A stretch of DNA of 48,049 nucleotides, taken from Trichomonas gallinae (lineage: Eukaryota). Positions 44,738 to 48,049 of the stretch are shown piece after piece. Below the pieces are notes generated by a model. The model was not told where the DNA came from. It saw only the letters and a program-made list of their open reading frames with translations, and searched no databases. The stretch's first letter is position 1. Each line of letters begins with the position of its first letter. Location of the stretch: assembly GCA_008369845.1 (NCBI GenBank), contig MRSU01010352.1:1-48049 (forward strand), written 5' to 3'. Position numbers and translations under genes: made by a program.

Positions 44738-46249
44738 ATGATAAATGTTCTCTTATTTTGTTATCTTTCTTCATCATTTACTCTCACAACCAACTACGTT
44801 ACGCCAATTACTCTGAGAAAGGTTGCACTAGTAGGTGATACTGTTGCTATTGCAACTTCTTTTCCAACTTTATATTATTTTCCCGATACAGATTTTCCAA
44901 TTACAGTCACCGCAAATAATCAGGAAACAAAAATAAAAGAAAGCGGTCAACCAATGAAGACTCATTTTTTCTATGCAGAAAAATCAAGTTCTTCAGTAGC
45001 AGTATCATTTTTTATATTTGGTGAGTACACATTTTATGGAGTAACTAATCTAGATCATTGCCAAAATGCTCTACAACTATTCGAAGGAAATATTAATATT
45101 ATTGATTTTCAAGGTGGAATCCCATCACAAATGATGCCAATTTACCCAAATCATGAGAGATGCATTGCCATAGGAAACAACATCAGATCTCTAAATATTC
45201 AATCTCAATTTCCTGAGGGAACATCAGGAACTTATTCGTTTGACACAACGCGTGGCTGGAAAGATCTCCTTGCAGGTGATCAAAGTGGCAACAATATTAA
45301 CTTATTCATATTGAAATTGAAATTAGGCCCATTTACAGAAGCACCGTTACTAAAAATAACAACCACTGGATCAGATGCAGTAACAAATGAAATCCAATCC
45401 TATTATCAGATTCCATATCCAACGCCACAACCAACTCCTTCACAAACTCCTTCAATCACGCCTTCATCAACTCCAAGCACAACGCCATCAATCACCCCAT
45501 CAACTACTCCATCTATCACACCATCTACAACCCCTTCTACTACTCCTTCGACAACTCCATCAACGACACCGTCAACAACTCCATCGACAACGCCTTCTAT
45601 GACGCCGTCAACAACACCAGCTACTACTCCTAAGACAACACCATCAACTACACCGTCTACAACTCCATCAATTACTCCTTCAACGACTCCTGGGACAACT
45701 CCACAAACAACACCATCTACTACGCCGAGTAGCACTCCAGAAGCATCAAATGGAGGCACTCCGAAGCCTACTCCAGAAGATACTCCAAAAACAACACCGA
45801 ATACGACACCTTCTAGTACTCCGTACAGAACACCTATGTACACACCATTAGAATCAACACCTAAAACAACGCCAATGGGAACAGATAAAATTTCAGTATA
45901 CGTTCCAACACCGAGATGGACCTTAAAACCCACACAGACTCCATACGAAGATGAATTTGATGGACCTCCATACGATCCAAATCCAGTAATTGTAGCAATA
46001 AAAGAAACTTATCCGCCACTTCAAACAGAATACATCAAAACAGCTGTTCCAAAAGTCACTGCAGCCATCAACATATTCTCTGGATCAACAATGGTCATAG
46101 TTATCCTTGTGATTTCTGCAATTAATATTATTAGATCAATAAGGAAAGTTTATTTGGAACGTCAAGGCCAAGGAACGGATCAGTTCCAAGGAGAATCCGA
46201 TGATATTGACTCATTTACGTTCTCTTATTCAAGTTCTCCGAATATCTAA
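44738..46249 (+). CDS. Single-pass surface protein with a Thr/Pro/Ser mucin-like stalk
   Basis: Hydrophobic N-terminus, globular region, long (T/I)TPS repeat, TM segment IFSGSTMVIVILVISAINII, short cytosolic tail. Confidence 0.85.
   Translation: MINVLLFCYLSSSFTLTTNYVTPITLRKVALVGDTVAIATSFPTLYYFPDTDFPITVTANNQETKIKESGQPMKTHFFYAEKSSSSVAVSFFIFGEYTFYGVTNLDHCQNALQLFEGNINIIDFQGGIPSQMMPIYPNHERCIAIGNNIRSLNIQSQFPEGTSGTYSFDTTRGWKDLLAGDQSGNNINLFILKLKLGPFTEAPLLKITTTGSDAVTNEIQSYYQIPYPTPQPTPSQTPSITPSSTPSTTPSITPSTTPSITPSTTPSTTPSTTPSTTPSTTPSTTPSMTPSTTPATTPKTTPSTTPSTTPSITPSTTPGTTPQTTPSTTPSSTPEASNGGTPKPTPEDTPKTTPNTTPSSTPYRTPMYTPLESTPKTTPMGTDKISVYVPTPRWTLKPTQTPYEDEFDGPPYDPNPVIVAIKETYPPLQTEYIKTAVPKVTAAINIFSGSTMVIVILVISAINIIRSIRKVYLERQGQGTDQFQGESDDIDSFTFSYSSSPNI
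45416..45876 (+). repeat. Coding tandem repeat, 12-bp unit (xTPS/xTPK)
   Basis: More than 30 tetrapeptide units in the translation. Codons are heavily diversified at synonymous sites. Confidence 0.85.
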
Positions 46250-46565
46250 TTTTTATATCAAAACCAATGATATTGAATGTCATTGGAATTTATATATTAT
46301 ATTAATAAACCTTGTTTGTATTTCTTTTCTATGAATTAATGGTTGTTTACACAAAAAAAATCCAACAAAAATATAATACAATTTAATAACACGATGGATA
46401 ACAAGAATTCGGCCAAATATAAAGCATATATGTCTCGCAAAGCCTATTTTTGATAAATAATTGAGAAAAATAATCTAATAATCAAAATTTGGATTTTGGA
46501 TGAAATAGATCATGGAACTGTTGAAATTGATAACTATGTTAAGGCAGTTTGTTGATTTCAAACAA

Positions 46566-47570
46566 TTAATTATTATGAGTTCGTTCTGATTTCATTAATA
46601 TTTTGATTGCTTGTTGTAATTTGCCACCTGCTGACATAAGCGCTCTAATATTATCATCTTCGTTAACGAATCCTTTGCTAAATAAAATTCCAAGTTCTTT
46701 CGCGAAAACTGGCTTGTATTTTTGATATTCCATGTGAGCAATGAGATCTCTAACATTGTAATAACTCGTTTTCGATATTTTTATATGTCTTGACCTTAAT
46801 TTAAAAATTCCGGAATTTATCTTCGCCATTGCTTGCGCCAGTTCTTGTTTTGACTCTATTCCTTTCGCATTCGAAATCGCTGGGTTCTGCGTTGTAGATA
46901 AAGGAAGAACTGAAGGAGATTCCAGTTTTTCTTTCGGAATTACTGTTTTATGCTGTGGACGCCTAAAAACACCTTCTAGGAGTGGATCCGCAATGTCACC
47001 TATCATCCTGTTGACTCTGTGCATCGAGATACCGGATGATTCGATTTGGTTGAACATATTATCCATAGTTATTGCGGCCATCTTTTTATTTCCTTTTGTT
47101 GTCTGCATTTTTAGCTGTTCTGTGATCTCATCGCCATCACGAAGCACATGTGTTAATTCTGGGTTGCTTTCGGCAACATCTTCGAAGTTTGGAATTTGTT
47201 TGAACATATCTTCGTACATTTGTGGATTTTCGTCGATCATTTTCATCATTTGCTGTCCAATTGCGGAGTTGGTGACTTTATCTATGAATGTTTCGGGTTC
47301 TTCTTGCTGATATTTAGATTTCTTTCTTCTCTCGCTCAATTCAACCCTTCCATGAGGGATGCTGTAGAAAACCGTGCTATCCTCTTCAATGCTGTATGTT
47401 TCTATGGTGATATCGTCGTTTAAAACGACTCCTTTAAATACGATTTTAATGAATTGAGGTTCGATATCTATCAGATGGCTGAGTTTCTCTTTTATTTCTC
47501 TGATGCTGGTGTTCGGTGTAATGTATATATCGATTATCTCTGATCTAATATTTTTTGCCCATATTCTCAT
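46566..47570 (-). CDS. Ubiquilin/Dsk2-like UBL-(STI1)-UBA protein
   Basis: N-terminal UBL (IVFKGVVLNDDITIETYSI), Met-rich ENPQM/NPELTHVL STI1-like region, C-terminal UBA (KGFVNEDDNIRALMSAGGKLQQAIKIL). Confidence 0.85.
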   Translation of the reverse strand: MRIWAKNIRSEIIDIYITPNTSIREIKEKLSHLIDIEPQFIKIVFKGVVLNDDITIETYSIEEDSTVFYSIPHGRVELSERRKKSKYQQEEPETFIDKVTNSAIGQQMMKMIDENPQMYEDMFKQIPNFEDVAESNPELTHVLRDGDEITEQLKMQTTKGNKKMAAITMDNMFNQIESSGISMHRVNRMIGDIADPLLEGVFRRPQHKTVIPKEKLESPSVLPLSTTQNPAISNAKGIESKQELAQAMAKINSGIFKLRSRHIKISKTSYYNVRDLIAHMEYQKYKPVFAKELGILFSKGFVNEDDNIRALMSAGGKLQQAIKILMKSERTHNN

Positions 47571-48022
47571 CAAGCAAAAATAATTTTAAAAATGAATTTG
47601 GTGGTTGAATATGCTACTAATAAACTGTATTTTATGAATATTAAAGCATTTTTCTATTTTTCTATTCGTCCAGAAATTTCTCAAATATGGTAATGATATG
47701 ATTTGGACTAAAATAAAGCTAATTAGATGTATGGTATCATATTTCTGGCGTACTAGTTCATGGAAATCATATTACTTTTATTTCATATTTTTGATGTTCA
47801 AAAATAATTCTGCCAATGCTATATAATAACATCCTACAGATCCAGGATTCATGCATCATATGTCACATTTATCAAGTTGAACAATATTATCCGTGAATGG
47901 AATTCTTCATGATAAGTGCATTTATACACTGTATCAGATTCTATAGTCTGTAGATATAGACATTCTCATAATGAATTATCATGTTTTTGTCATAAAAATG
48001 CAAAGGCAAGTTGTTATTTAAC

Positions 48023-48049
48023 AAAAAAAAAAAAAAAAAAAAAAAAAAA
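48023..48049 (+). repeat. Poly(A) run of at least 27 nt at the window end
   Basis: 27 consecutive A, truncated by the window edge. Confidence 0.95.

Noticed and set aside
727..47423. Numerous short ORFs overlapping or antisense to the main genes (e.g. 1355-1624, 7864-8103, 16157-16594, 20402-20788, 45406-45933, 46993-47310)
   Set aside because: These are shadow frames of real CDSs or of coding repeats. They have no motifs, and many start at non-ATG codons.
1..48049. tRNA/rRNA genes and intact transposons (Maverick, mariner, Mutator)
   Set aside because: I saw no cloverleaf/T-loop context, rRNA-like GC block, transposase or integrase ORF, or terminal inverted repeats by eye. tRNAscan-SE and RepeatMasker would be decisive.

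Overview
AT-rich eukaryotic protist DNA, most consistent with a trichomonad (Trichomonas vaginalis-like parabasalid). This assignment is an inference from compact intronless genes, TCA(C/T)(T/A) initiator elements shortly upstream of many ATGs, AAAGTGAC upstream motifs, an expanded kinase set and BspA-like/glycine-rich family genes. About 25 intact protein genes are present: six Ser/Thr kinases (1 CDK-like, 4 CAMK-like, 1 NDR), a membrane RING-H2 E3, a DH-PH-FYVE RhoGEF, an MBOAT, IFT140, an R2R3 Myb, TMEM222/RTE1, Rce1, an amino-acid transporter, MBF1, a ubiquilin-like protein, two mucin-like membrane proteins and several hypotheticals. There is also a multiply disrupted class II tRNA nucleotidyltransferase (CCA-enzyme-like) pseudogene, and three family genes whose only visible lesion is at the extreme 5' end. 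The most unusual signal is a GC-rich hairpin array starting exactly at the TGA stop of the CDK-like gene (1611-1787): four stem-loops share a C-UUCGY-G loop on covarying stems, and the frame stays open 52 codons past the TGA. I could not support any tRNA, rRNA, CRISPR array, spliceosomal intron or intact mobile element. The window ends in a 27-nt A run.
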